A DNA stretch of 64,000 nt, from contig JBGAJV010000031.1 in the NCBI GenBank assembly GCA_044224715.1, positions 44-64,043 on the forward strand, in the 5' to 3' direction. Position numbers and translations under genes: made by a program. Position 1 is the first letter of the stretch, and every line of letters begins with the position of its first letter. The notes beneath the pieces were generated by a model that saw only the letters and a list, made by a program, of their open reading frames with translations, was not told where the DNA came from and searched no databases. The stretch is from Anaerolineales bacterium (GTDB lineage: Bacteria; Chloroflexota; Anaerolineae; Anaerolineales; UBA6663). Of the stretch, positions 9,103 through 18,286 are shown one piece after another.

Positions 9103-10370
9103 GACGGCTCCGCCATCGCCGGCGTGCGGCGAACGTCCACGGCGATCGCTTCGGGCTCGGTCGCGGCGCCGCCGGCAAACCAGGCGCGCAACGTGCCGAC
9201 GTTTTGGCGGACGTCGAAGACGCGTTCGACCTTGGCGCGGCCGGCGGCCGCGAAGCGTGCCCGCAGATCGGGCTCGGCCAGCAGACGCTCGAGCGCGTCG
9301 GCCAGGGCATTGGGATTGTTCTGCGGCACGACCAGGCCGTCCGCCTCATGCGTGATGATCTCGGGCACGCCTGTGACGTCGGTCGACACGCAGGCCGCGC
9401 CGGTCGCCATCGCCTCGAGCAGCACGGTCGGCAGGCCGTCGCGGTTGCCGTCGGCGCCGATGATGCAGGGCAGCGCGAAGATCGCGGCGCGGCGATACGC
9501 CTGCAGCACCTCGTCCTGCGGGCGCGGACCGATCAGGGTGACGCGATCGACCAGGCCCAGCTGCTCGATCTGCGCACGCAGCGCGCTTTCGAGCCCGCCC
9601 TGGCCGATGATCTCGCAGCGGAAGTCGACGCCGCGGATCGCGAGCACCTTGCAGGCGAGGATCAGATCGCCAAAGCCTTTCTTCTCGACCAGCCGGCCCA
9701 CGCCCAGGATCAGGCGGCTGTCGCGCGGCGCGGCGGTCTCGGCAAACAGCCCGAGGTCGATGCCGTTGTACAGGCGGCGCACGTCCGAGGATAGCGGGCC
9801 CATCAGATCGCGCAGATACTCGCGATTGAAGTCGCTCACGGTCACGACGAAGCGCGCGGCCTTGATCTTGTCGCGGAGCGTGTCCGGATTGACCTCTTCA
9901 TGGAAGATGTCCTTGGCATGCGCCGTGAAGCTGTAAGGCACGCCGGTCAGCCGCGACACGTAGTTGGCCACACGCGTGGCGCTCGACGCGAAGTGCGCGT
10001 GCAACGCGTCGACCGGGTGACGGGCCACATGATCGGCGATGAATCCGGCCTGCAGGAACCGCTTGAGCGCGCCGGCATGGCCGCGCGTCGCGGCGTGCTT
10101 GAGCGTCGACAGGTACGCGCCGCGCCCGCGGCCAAACGCCGCCCGATGCGGCCCCCAGAGAGCCCCGGCCTGCGACAGCGGGAACTCGGGCACGTACACG
10201 ACCTGGGCGCGCACGCGCGCGAGGCTCGCGTGAAAGCGGCCATCGTTGGGGCGCATGAGCGCGTACACGCGCACGTCGACGCCCTGGCGCTCGAGCTCGA
10301 GGATTTCGTTGACGATGAAGGTCTCCGAAAAGCGCGGGTACATCTTGAGGACGTAAGCGATGCGGGTCAT
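9099..10370 (-). CDS. GT4 glycosyltransferase (WcaL-like)
   Basis: YPRFSETFI, HAHF, GRLVEKKG, DGLPTVLLEAMA. Confidence 0.93.
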   Translation of the reverse strand: MTRIAYVLKMYPRFSETFIVNEILELERQGVDVRVYALMRPNDGRFHASLARVRAQVVYVPEFPLSQAGALWGPHRAAFGRGRGAYLSTLKHAATRGHAGALKRFLQAGFIADHVARHPVDALHAHFASSATRVANYVSRLTGVPYSFTAHAKDIFHEEVNPDTLRDKIKAARFVVTVSDFNREYLRDLMGPLSSDVRRLYNGIDLGLFAETAAPRDSRLILGVGRLVEKKGFGDLILACKVLAIRGVDFRCEIIGQGGLESALRAQIEQLGLVDRVTLIGPRPQDEVLQAYRRAAIFALPCIIGADGNRDGLPTVLLEAMATGAACVSTDVTGVPEIITHEADGLVVPQNNPNALADALERLLAEPDLRARFAAAGRAKVERVFDVRQNVGTLRAWFAGGAATEPEAIAVDVRRTPAMAEPS

Positions 10371-11590
10371 GCCGGCCTCCCCAGGGCGAGCGTGGTCTGC
10401 GGTTCAGCGTTCAACAGTTCAGCGATGGAATGTCCCACGCGGGTCAGGCCGTCGAGCCCGGTGGTGACGGTCGGCTCTGGTCCGGCGAGGGCCAGCGAGA
10501 TCTGCGCCGCGAGCGTGTCGGCCGTGAGTGCCTCAGGGCGGATCATTCGCGCCCAGCCGCGGGCGGCGAGTCGCTCGGCGCGGATGAGCTGCTCCTGACG
10601 CGGTTGCGTGCGCGGGATCAGCAACGTGCGTTTGCCCAGCGAGAGCGTCTCGACTACGGTGTTGTAGCCGGCCATGCCGATCACCAGGTCGGCCGCCGCC
10701 ATGTACGTGAACAATCGCGGGGTGAACTCGAGCACCGTCAGACGCTCGGAGGCCGCTTGAGCCTGGCGCACCAGCTCGCGCTTGCCGTTGGCCATCAACG
10801 GACCCGTCACCAACAGGGCGTGGAAGGGCGCGCCACCCGGCCAGGCCGCGATCGACTCGGCCACGGTGCGCAGGATCGCGAAGCCATCGCCGCCGCCGCC
10901 GACGGTGACGACCACCAGCGGCTGATCGCCCAGACCCAGCTCGCGGCGCACGTGCGCCGTCGGGCGATCGACCTCGGCGCGGCTGCGGCCCAGATAGCCG
11001 CAGGCCACGAGCTTGTCGCGGGCGCTGGGGCTCATCGCATAGGCGTCCACCGGATCGAAGACTGTTCGATCGCCGTAGTACAGGATTCGGTCGTACACCT
11101 CATCCTGCAGACGCGGCACATCCCACTCGGCCCACTCACGCGCCGTCGTCGCCGGATCGTCCTCGATGTCGCGCATGCCCAGCACCAGGCGCGTCTCGGG
11201 CATCCACGTTTTGACATGCCGGAGGAGCGGCAGCAGCTCGCCCTGGACACCGGCCGGGGCCTTGTCGACCAGGACGATATCGGGCCGGAACGTGCTCAGC
11301 GCGTCGAGCAGCACGCGTTCGCGCCAGCGCAGCGTGTCGCCGAGGTTCAGCGGCAGCGCCCGGGCGACGTACTGGCCACTCGAGCGTTTGCTCAGCGCGG
11401 GCAGCTTGATCAGGTCGAGTTGCTTCGGGAGTGCGAAGGCGCCGGCCACCATCGATCCCGTCAGGAGGAGCTGGTGCGCCCGCGGCAGCTCGGCGGCCAG
11501 CTGGTGGCTGATCGCCAACGTCCGGCGCAGGTGACCGAGGCCAAACGTATCGTGCGAGTAGAGCAGGATCCGGGGTTTCTTACGGCTCAT
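10367..11590 (-). CDS. GT-B glycosyltransferase (COG4671 / GT28 C-terminal-like)
   Basis: LYSHDTFGLGHLRR, GGGGDG, MAGYNT, PR..EQLIRA. Confidence 0.9.
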   Translation of the reverse strand: MSRKKPRILLYSHDTFGLGHLRRTLAISHQLAAELPRAHQLLLTGSMVAGAFALPKQLDLIKLPALSKRSSGQYVARALPLNLGDTLRWRERVLLDALSTFRPDIVLVDKAPAGVQGELLPLLRHVKTWMPETRLVLGMRDIEDDPATTAREWAEWDVPRLQDEVYDRILYYGDRTVFDPVDAYAMSPSARDKLVACGYLGRSRAEVDRPTAHVRRELGLGDQPLVVVTVGGGGDGFAILRTVAESIAAWPGGAPFHALLVTGPLMANGKRELVRQAQAASERLTVLEFTPRLFTYMAAADLVIGMAGYNTVVETLSLGKRTLLIPRTQPRQEQLIRAERLAARGWARMIRPEALTADTLAAQISLALAGPEPTVTTGLDGLTRVGHSIAELLNAEPQTTLALGRPA

Positions 11591-11788
11591 ATCAGGCATT
11601 TCCAACCAGTCATGTCGGTTATGCCAGCTAGTAGCTCAAGGGGATTTGAAAGTTACGTCGATGAGAAGATGCTCATTTTTGCGGAGAAAGTGACCCCGCG
11701 ACGTGCTCAGCCGGCCCCTTTAGGGCCAACGGCAGCCGTTCAGCGGCGAGATGCGGGGTCCGGCCGTGGCGCCGGCAACTTGAGCGGC

Positions 11789-11853
11789 TTTACGGCGTTT
11801 CCACAGCCCCTTAAGGCCAGCTTTATGGCATGCCGACGCCGGCTGCCTATACT
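11789..11853 (+). promoter_or_regulatory. Putative activator-dependent promoter: 11-bp-phased repeats plus TATACT -10
   Basis: TTTAC (11789), TCCAC (11800), TTAAG (11811), TTTAT (11822); TATACT at 11848-11853; AGGAG RBS before ATG 11883. Confidence 0.45.
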
Positions 11854-11882
11854 GAATCCTGTCAGCCCAAACGGCCCAGGAG

Positions 11883-12248
11883 ATGGAAATGTCCGCCACT
11901 TTGATCCGAACGCCCCTGAACTGGCGCAACCTCGTCGCCGTGTACGTCCTGATCTTCAGCTTTGTCTGGGGGCTGGCGCTGGGCGCGTCGGGTGGCGACT
12001 TTCGGCTGGCGGCGTTCGTGAGCGCGGTCGACCGCAGCGCGCACCTGGGCCTCGACGCCCTCGGCGTGCAGGTGATGTCCGCGGACGCCTATGCCCGCGG
12101 CCCCGTGGTCAAACTGGCGCCGGTTCTGGTGACAGCGGCCCAAACGGCCGAGCCGCACGCCGGTTTGGCCCCCGAGCTCAAGCCGTTCACGCCGGCGACG
12201 GCGGTTCCCGTGCCCAACGCGCCGTACGATCCGCTGCAAGCCGAGTAA
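11883..12248 (+). CDS. Small membrane protein, unknown function
   Basis: AGGAG RBS; one TM helix (LVAVYVLIFSFVWGLALGA); GC3-rich codons. Confidence 0.65.
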   Translation: MEMSATLIRTPLNWRNLVAVYVLIFSFVWGLALGASGGDFRLAAFVSAVDRSAHLGLDALGVQVMSADAYARGPVVKLAPVLVTAAQTAEPHAGLAPELKPFTPATAVPVPNAPYDPLQAE

Positions 12249-12333
12249 TCGTGCCCTCGACCTGCCGGAAGGAACAACACGCGTCCTCTCGAACAGGTCT
12301 CCGTTCTCTCACTCTCTCCAGCCCCACACTGGG

Positions 12334-12377
12334 GATACGGAGGGCCCCCGTTCACACGGTGGGCCCTTTGTATTTTT
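12334..12377 (+). terminator. Rho-independent terminator
   Basis: GATACGGAGGGCCC...GGGCCCTTTGTATT stem followed by a T-run, between convergent genes. Confidence 0.7.
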
Positions 12378-12478
12378 GGGGCACCGCGCGACCGACGGTC
12401 GGCCACCCGACATGTCGTCGACGGGGGCGCCGCAGGTCCGCGTCATCCGCGTACCGGGGTCTCTTCGGTTCGGTGTCG

Positions 12479-13549
12479 TCAAACGAGGTAGATCGGGTTG
12501 CTGAAGACCCAGGCGCGGAGCTGGCCGAGGTGATTGCGCCAGGCCTCGACGCGCACGGCGCCGGTGACCCGGGCAGGCAGGATGTGGGTGGCGCCTGTCG
12601 CGTTGTCCCAGGTCGCGATCACCTGACCGTTGTGGATCAGACGTAGCAAGCACGGCGCTGGCGCGACCACCTGCAACGTGACCCCGGCCCGGTTCTCGAC
12701 CGTCGTGCCCATGCCCTGGCTGGCGCGTTCGTAATGGCAGGTGAAGCGGAACCCGCGTGTCGAGCCGATGCCGTCATAGCCGATGAAGCAGCTGCCGGTT
12801 TGGAGCGCATCCATGACCAGAACGCGATCGGACGCCAATTCGCCCGTCAATTCGGTCGGCGTGAGGATGTGCGTGTTGATCTGACGGAACAGGAACTCGT
12901 ACGGAAACAGGACCCGGCGCAGACCCCACCGCGCGTACTCGGTGCCGTGCGCGTCCGCGTTGCCGATCCCCACGACGCGCTGACCGGCCATCAGCAGCTC
13001 GTCCCACTTGGCGAGCACCTCGGCGCGCGGCCCGACCAGGCCGAGCTCGGGCTTGAAGGCATACTGGACCGTGGCCTGCCGCGACGTCAACAGCTCGGCC
13101 CAACTCGACATGTAATTCCAGATCTCCAGGCCCGTGAAGCCCTGCACTTGCCAGTCGACCCACGAGATCTCTTCGTAATTGAAGAGCGGCACGTTCGAGT
13201 CGAACGGGTGAGCCAGAAAGGCCAGGCCGCCCGCAGCGCCGACTGCGTCGATCAGGGCCTGCGGATCCGCCGCGTGTGCCGCCAGCTCGCGTTGCGCGTT
13301 GTAGGCCAGCAGATGATTCCGCTGCGGCCGACGGCTGGCGTCGTGGACCTCTTCGCCGACCAGGACGAGCAGACGCTTGCCGCCAACCGTGTAGTAGTGC
13401 TCGGGTCCGTCGACCCACACGTTGTGATCGGTGACGCAGATCACGTCCAGGCCGGCGCGGACCGCGGCCTCGGCGATCTGGCCGTGATACCACGTGCCGT
13501 CCGAGTACGGCGTATGCATGTGCAGGTTGGCGGCGTATTCGTGGGCCAC
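12479..13549 (-). CDS. PHP-domain metallohydrolase (CehA/McbA-like)
   Basis: NLHMHT, TDHN, AHP and NADAH motifs; GTG start with GGAG RBS. Confidence 0.88.
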   Translation of the reverse strand: MAHEYAANLHMHTPYSDGTWYHGQIAEAAVRAGLDVICVTDHNVWVDGPEHYYTVGGKRLLVLVGEEVHDASRRPQRNHLLAYNAQRELAAHAADPQALIDAVGAAGGLAFLAHPFDSNVPLFNYEEISWVDWQVQGFTGLEIWNYMSSWAELLTSRQATVQYAFKPELGLVGPRAEVLAKWDELLMAGQRVVGIGNADAHGTEYARWGLRRVLFPYEFLFRQINTHILTPTELTGELASDRVLVMDALQTGSCFIGYDGIGSTRGFRFTCHYERASQGMGTTVENRAGVTLQVVAPAPCLLRLIHNGQVIATWDNATGATHILPARVTGAVRVEAWRNHLGQLRAWVFSNPIYLV

Positions 13550-13561
13550 GCGGCGCTCCGC

Positions 13562-13945
13562 TCAGAGCAGGCTGGGCTGTTCGGGCTCGTCCGACCCGGA
13601 CCAGCCGTACCGCTTCAGGTCGACGCGGTCCTTGGCGTCGAAGACGATGCCCTCGCGTTCGAGCATCTGGCGCTGGACCGCCGGTCCCAACCCGGGGCGT
13701 GGACTGACCTTGCCCTGGCTGTTGATAACCCGTTGCCAGGGCACGTCGTCGGGCGCGTTCGCCATGGCCCCGCCGACCCAGATCGGCGCCGCCCGCAGAT
13801 ACTGGTCCAATGGCACGCGGGCCGGCGGCGGGATTCGCTGCGCGATCTGGCCGTAGGTCATCACCCGGCCATGCGGGATCTCGCGCACGATGGCATAGAC
13901 GTTTTGGGCGTATGCCCGTGGATCCGGCGGTGATGAGAAGCGCAT
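13562..13945 (-). CDS. Alkyltransferase-like (ATL, MGMT-family) DNA base-flipping protein
   Basis: IPHGRVMTYGQIA and PWQRVIN, with Trp in place of the catalytic Cys of PCHR. Confidence 0.88.
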   Translation of the reverse strand: MRFSSPPDPRAYAQNVYAIVREIPHGRVMTYGQIAQRIPPPARVPLDQYLRAAPIWVGGAMANAPDDVPWQRVINSQGKVSPRPGLGPAVQRQMLEREGIVFDAKDRVDLKRYGWSGSDEPEQPSLL

Positions 13946-14072
13946 AAGCTCAGGCAGTATACAGCACCGTCCGGGGGCTTGCCCTGGTCGAAACGAGGGG
14001 GAAATCCGCCGTTTTAAGGATGAACAGGATTGCATCGGATTCTCCCGTCTTCACGCGTATAATTCCAGGCCG

Positions 14073-14936
14073 ATGCGAGCCTGGCGTATTCTTTGTTTGT
14101 TGGGCTGTGCTGCCGGCCTGATCTCGTCGGCCTGTGCCGTCCAACCGCTCACTCCGGGCCCGGGAGCGCTGGTTGCGGTCGCCCAGGTCACGGTGGCGCC
14201 CCTTCTGCCGCCGACGCTGCCGCCCGCGGCCGTCGTGCAGGCCGACTCCGCGCGTATCGAGCCGACGCTGCCGGCGTCGACCGCCACGCCGCCGCTGCCG
14301 ACGGCGATCCCATATTTGACGCCGACGCCCGTCACGCCGACCGTCGCCGTCGTGGTGCTCGACAACCCGGCGCAGTCAAACCTGCCGACCGCGGCGCCCC
14401 GGATCGTGGCGCCCACCGAGGTCGTGATCACGCTGCTCGACCCGACGGCGACCGACGCGTCGGTCGTCATTGAGCCGTCGTCCACCGCGCCCGCCGCGGC
14501 CGCATCGCCCGCGGCGCCTCCCAGCGGCGACGCCGCCGCGGCTGAGCTGTACATGGTCGACCTGATCAACCAGCAGCGCATCGCGGCCGGCGTCGCGCCG
14601 CTGATCGCGGACCCTTTGCTGATGAGCGTGGCACGCGGCCGCGTCGATGACATGGTCGCGCGCGGATACACCGGCCACTCGGACCCGGCCACGGGCGAGT
14701 CGCTCGGCCCGAAGATGATCCACGCCGCGGGCTTCACCAGCACCTTTGTGGGCGAGAACTGGTACGGGACGATCAAGCCGCCGCCGTCCAATGTCGAGAC
14801 CGCCATGAGCTGGTTCATGACCGACCCGCCGCATGCGCGTAATATCCTGAGCCCGTACTACGCCTACGTCGGCGTCGGACTGGCTTTCAACGGTCGCCAG
14901 TGGTTGATCGTGCAGAACTTCGCGGGGCTGAACTAG
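14073..14936 (+). CDS. CAP (SCP) domain lipoprotein with Pro/Thr-rich linker
   Basis: Lipobox LISSAC; LINQQR..GEN..WFMTDPPHARNIL..VGVG. Confidence 0.88.
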   Translation: MRAWRILCLLGCAAGLISSACAVQPLTPGPGALVAVAQVTVAPLLPPTLPPAAVVQADSARIEPTLPASTATPPLPTAIPYLTPTPVTPTVAVVVLDNPAQSNLPTAAPRIVAPTEVVITLLDPTATDASVVIEPSSTAPAAAASPAAPPSGDAAAAELYMVDLINQQRIAAGVAPLIADPLLMSVARGRVDDMVARGYTGHSDPATGESLGPKMIHAAGFTSTFVGENWYGTIKPPPSNVETAMSWFMTDPPHARNILSPYYAYVGVGLAFNGRQWLIVQNFAGLN

Positions 14937-14939
14937 GCG

Positions 14940-17021
14940 ATGACACACTATTTTTCAAACAAAGAACTGGCCGACGTGTTCGCCCGAATCGGGGATCTGC
15001 TCGAGATCAAGGGCGACGTGATCTACAAGATCCTGGCGTACCGCAAGGCTGCCGACACGATCCGCGACCACGCGCGCCCGGTCAAGGACATCTGGCGCGA
15101 AGGCGGGCTGCGCGATATTCCGGGAGTCGGTCAGGCCATCGCCGACAAGATCGAAGAACTGCTCACGACCGGCAAGCTCGCCTTCCTCGAAAAGCTTCAG
15201 GGCGAGGTGCCGCCGACCTTGACCGAGTTGCTGCAGGTGCCCGACCTCGGGCCAAAACGCGTGGCGTTGGTCTGGAAGAAGCTGGGCGTGACCACGCTCG
15301 CCGACCTCGAGCGCGTCGCGCGGGCCGGCGAACTCCGAGGTCTGCCAGGCATGGGCGAAAAATCCGAGGCCAAGATCCTGACCGGCATCGAGAGCCTTAA
15401 GCGCGCGACGGGTCGTGTGCCGTTGGGCAAGGCCTGGCCGGTCGCGGTCGAGATCGTGCGCATGCTGCGCGCGATGCCCGGTGTGATCGCGGCCGAGTCG
15501 GCCGGCAGCCTGCGCCGAGGCCGCGCGACCATCGGCGACCTCGACTTCATCGTGGCCGCCGTTGACTCGCGGCCGGTGATGGCCGCCTTCATGACGTTGC
15601 CGCAGGTCGCGCGCGTGCTCGGACAAGGTCCGACAAAGACCTCGGTCGTGCTCGAGAACGGTCTGCAGGCCGATCTGCGCGTGCTGCCGCCCGATCGGTA
15701 TGGGACCCTGCTGCAATACTTCACCGGCAGCAAAGACCACAACGTGCGCTTGCGCGAGATCGCGCAGGCGCAGGGACTGTCGCTCAACGAGCACGCGCTC
15801 GTCCACGCCGACGGGAGCGAAGTGCTGTGCGCGACCGAGGCCGACGTGTACCGCGCGCTCGGTCTGCCCCTGATCCCGCCGGAGCTGCGCGAGGACCGGG
15901 GGGAGATTCAGGCGGCGCGCGACGGCAAGCTTCCGCGTCTGATCGAGCCCCGCGATCTACAGAGCGACCTGCACACGCACAGCACCTGGAGCGACGGCAA
16001 GGGCACGATCGTGGAGATGGCTCAGGCCGCCCGGCTGAACGGGCTCAAGTGCCTGGCGATCACCGATCACAGCTATGGTCTGGGCGTCACGAACGGCTTG
16101 ACACCAGAGCGTTTGCGCGCCCAGCGGCGTGAGATCGACACAGTTCAGGCGCAGCTTGGGCCGGGCTTCATCCTGCTCCAGGGGGCCGAGGTCGAAATCC
16201 GCGCGGACGGCGCCCTCGATTTCACCGACGACGTGCTCGGCGACCTCGACATCGTCGTGGCGTCGCTGCACACCTCGCTCGGCCAGGAACGCGAGCGCGT
16301 CACCGAACGATTGCTGAACGCCGTGCGCAACCACAACGTCGACATCATCGGCCACCCGACGGGCCGGCGGCTGCCGAACCGCGACGGCGCCGATCTGGAT
16401 CTCGAGGCGATCTTCAAGGCTGCGGCCGAGTCGGGCGTCGCGCTGGAGATCAACAGCAACCCCGAACGCCTTGACCTCGACGGCGTGTACGCCCGTCGTG
16501 CGATCGAGCTCGGTTGTCTGCTCGCGATCAACACGGACGCGCACGCGATCGATTGGTTCAACCACAGCCAGTTTGGCGTGCTCACGGCGCGCCGCGGTTG
16601 GGTGACGGCCGACCGCGTGATCAACACCTGGTCGCCCGAGCGTCTGCTGGCGTGGCTCGACGAGCGTGACCTCCGGCGCGCCGGCTCGACTCGACCGGCC
16701 GAACTCGGCACCCCGGCGGTGGGTGGCGCCAGACAGGCCGAGCGCCCATCGCACGCGGCCAAGGCTCAGGCCACCAAACCTGTGGCGACGCCCGATCCGA
16801 CACCGGCCACCCCGGCCAAAGCCGCGTCGGCCAAGGCCGAGCCGGCCAAAGCCGCGTCGGCCAAGGCCGGGCCGAAGGCGAAGCCGGCGAAGCCCACGGC
16901 ACGCAGCCGCAAGGTCGCGCCCGCCGAAAAGCGCAAGTCCCCGCAGACCCGTCCGGCGGCCAAGAAAAAAACCGCCGCGACCAAACCCGCCAGGAAAAGC
17001 CCGACTGCTCGTCGTCGCTGA
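14940..17021 (+). CDS. polX: DNA polymerase X / PHP 3'-5' exonuclease with basic Lys/Ala/Pro tail
   Basis: HhH GVG, AGSLRR, GDLD, QADLR, YFTGSK; PHP motifs HTH, TDH, HPTGR, TDAH. Confidence 0.95.
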   Translation: MTHYFSNKELADVFARIGDLLEIKGDVIYKILAYRKAADTIRDHARPVKDIWREGGLRDIPGVGQAIADKIEELLTTGKLAFLEKLQGEVPPTLTELLQVPDLGPKRVALVWKKLGVTTLADLERVARAGELRGLPGMGEKSEAKILTGIESLKRATGRVPLGKAWPVAVEIVRMLRAMPGVIAAESAGSLRRGRATIGDLDFIVAAVDSRPVMAAFMTLPQVARVLGQGPTKTSVVLENGLQADLRVLPPDRYGTLLQYFTGSKDHNVRLREIAQAQGLSLNEHALVHADGSEVLCATEADVYRALGLPLIPPELREDRGEIQAARDGKLPRLIEPRDLQSDLHTHSTWSDGKGTIVEMAQAARLNGLKCLAITDHSYGLGVTNGLTPERLRAQRREIDTVQAQLGPGFILLQGAEVEIRADGALDFTDDVLGDLDIVVASLHTSLGQERERVTERLLNAVRNHNVDIIGHPTGRRLPNRDGADLDLEAIFKAAAESGVALEINSNPERLDLDGVYARRAIELGCLLAINTDAHAIDWFNHSQFGVLTARRGWVTADRVINTWSPERLLAWLDERDLRRAGSTRPAELGTPAVGGARQAERPSHAAKAQATKPVATPDPTPATPAKAASAKAEPAKAASAKAGPKAKPAKPTARSRKVAPAEKRKSPQTRPAAKKKTAATKPARKSPTARRR
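16812..16871 (+). repeat. 30-bp coding direct repeat x2 (PAKAASAKAx)
   Basis: ccggccaaagccgcgtcggccaaggccg occurs at 16812 and 16842. Confidence 0.9.
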
Positions 17022-17029
17022 GGGGCGTC

Positions 17030-18286
17030 ATGAGCGCGTTCACGACGTCCGCCGATGACGATTTGGCCCGGCTTGTCGCCCAGGCCTTCGCGGGCGCCGC
17101 GGTGGACGATGCCCAGGCCGTGTTGGCCGTCGCCCATCTGCGCGCCTACCCCGTGGGCGCCGAGTTGTGTCGGCAAGGCGAAGCCGCAGACACGTTCTTC
17201 CTGATCACCGCCGGCACAGTCGCGCTGACCCAACAGCTCGGCGACACGACGCGGACCGTGGCCATTCGCGAGGCGGGCGAATTCTTTGGCGAGATGGGTC
17301 TGCTCGAGGGTAAGCCGCGTTCGGCTACCGCCACGGCGCTCGATCCCGTGACCGTACTCGAGGTCACCGAGGCGGCCTTCCAGAAAATCCTGATCGACCA
17401 CCCCAGACTGGCGCTTGCGATCGTCCGTGGTCTCGTCGCGAACGTGCGCGCCGCGGATCGGGCGGCGCTGGTCGAGATGCAGACCGCCAACCTCGCCTTG
17501 ACGGCGGCGCTCGACTCGCTACGGACCGCGCAGGCGGGGCTTGTCCAAAAGGAGCGGCTCGAGCGCGAGCTCGAGATCGCGGGTCAGGTGCAGCGCAGCA
17601 TCCTGCCGGCGCCGTTCGTGCCGATCGGCCGCTTCGCCTTCGCGGGACGCAATCTGCCGGCGCGGCAGGTCGGCGGCGATCTCTACGACGTGATCCGCCA
17701 GAACGATGAGCGCGCCGCGCTGGTTCTGGCGGACGTCTCGGACAAAGGCGTGCAGGCGGCGCTGTTCATGGCCGTGACCCGCACGCTGTTCCTGGCGCAC
17801 GCCGGCCACGAGACCGGGTCCGAGGCGGTGGTTCTGGCCGTGCACCGGGGCCTGCGCGAGATCGCGCCCGACTCCGACATGTTTGTCACGGCGTTCTACG
17901 GCGAACTCGACACGACGTCGGGAGCGTTGCGCTATGTCCGCGCGGGGCATGAGGAACCGCTGCTGGTCCGGGCCGACGGGTCCGTGCACGCGCTGAGTGG
18001 CCCGGGTCGCTTCCTGGGCGCCATCGACGGGCTGGTCGTGGCGGAACGGTCGGCCAGCCTTGAACCCGGCGCCGTGCTCGTGATCTTCAGCGACGGCGTC
18101 ACCGATGCCATGGATGCCGCCGGGCGCCCGTTTGCGAAGGATGCCTTTCTGGCAACCATCGTGACGCATCGGCGCGCGTCGGCGGACGAGATCGCCGACG
18201 CGATCGTGTCCGCCGTCGTCACGCACTGCGCTGGCGCGCCTCTGGCCGACGACCTGACGGTGCTGGTGGTCAAACACGATCCGTGA
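17030..18286 (+). CDS. cNMP-binding domain + SpoIIE/RsbU-type PP2C phosphatase
   Basis: FFGEMGLL..PRSA (CRP-type cNMP domain); ERELEIA..Q, VGGDLYD, ADVSDKG, SDG, DDLT. Confidence 0.92.
   Translation: MSAFTTSADDDLARLVAQAFAGAAVDDAQAVLAVAHLRAYPVGAELCRQGEAADTFFLITAGTVALTQQLGDTTRTVAIREAGEFFGEMGLLEGKPRSATATALDPVTVLEVTEAAFQKILIDHPRLALAIVRGLVANVRAADRAALVEMQTANLALTAALDSLRTAQAGLVQKERLERELEIAGQVQRSILPAPFVPIGRFAFAGRNLPARQVGGDLYDVIRQNDERAALVLADVSDKGVQAALFMAVTRTLFLAHAGHETGSEAVVLAVHRGLREIAPDSDMFVTAFYGELDTTSGALRYVRAGHEEPLLVRADGSVHALSGPGRFLGAIDGLVVAERSASLEPGAVLVIFSDGVTDAMDAAGRPFAKDAFLATIVTHRRASADEIADAIVSAVVTHCAGAPLADDLTVLVVKHDP

Noticed and set aside
3435-12646. Long plus-strand ORFs (3716-5260, 5375-6829, 6961-9936, 10430-12646)
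   Set aside because: Antisense shadows of well-supported minus-strand genes, typical of high-GC DNA; no recognisable motifs.
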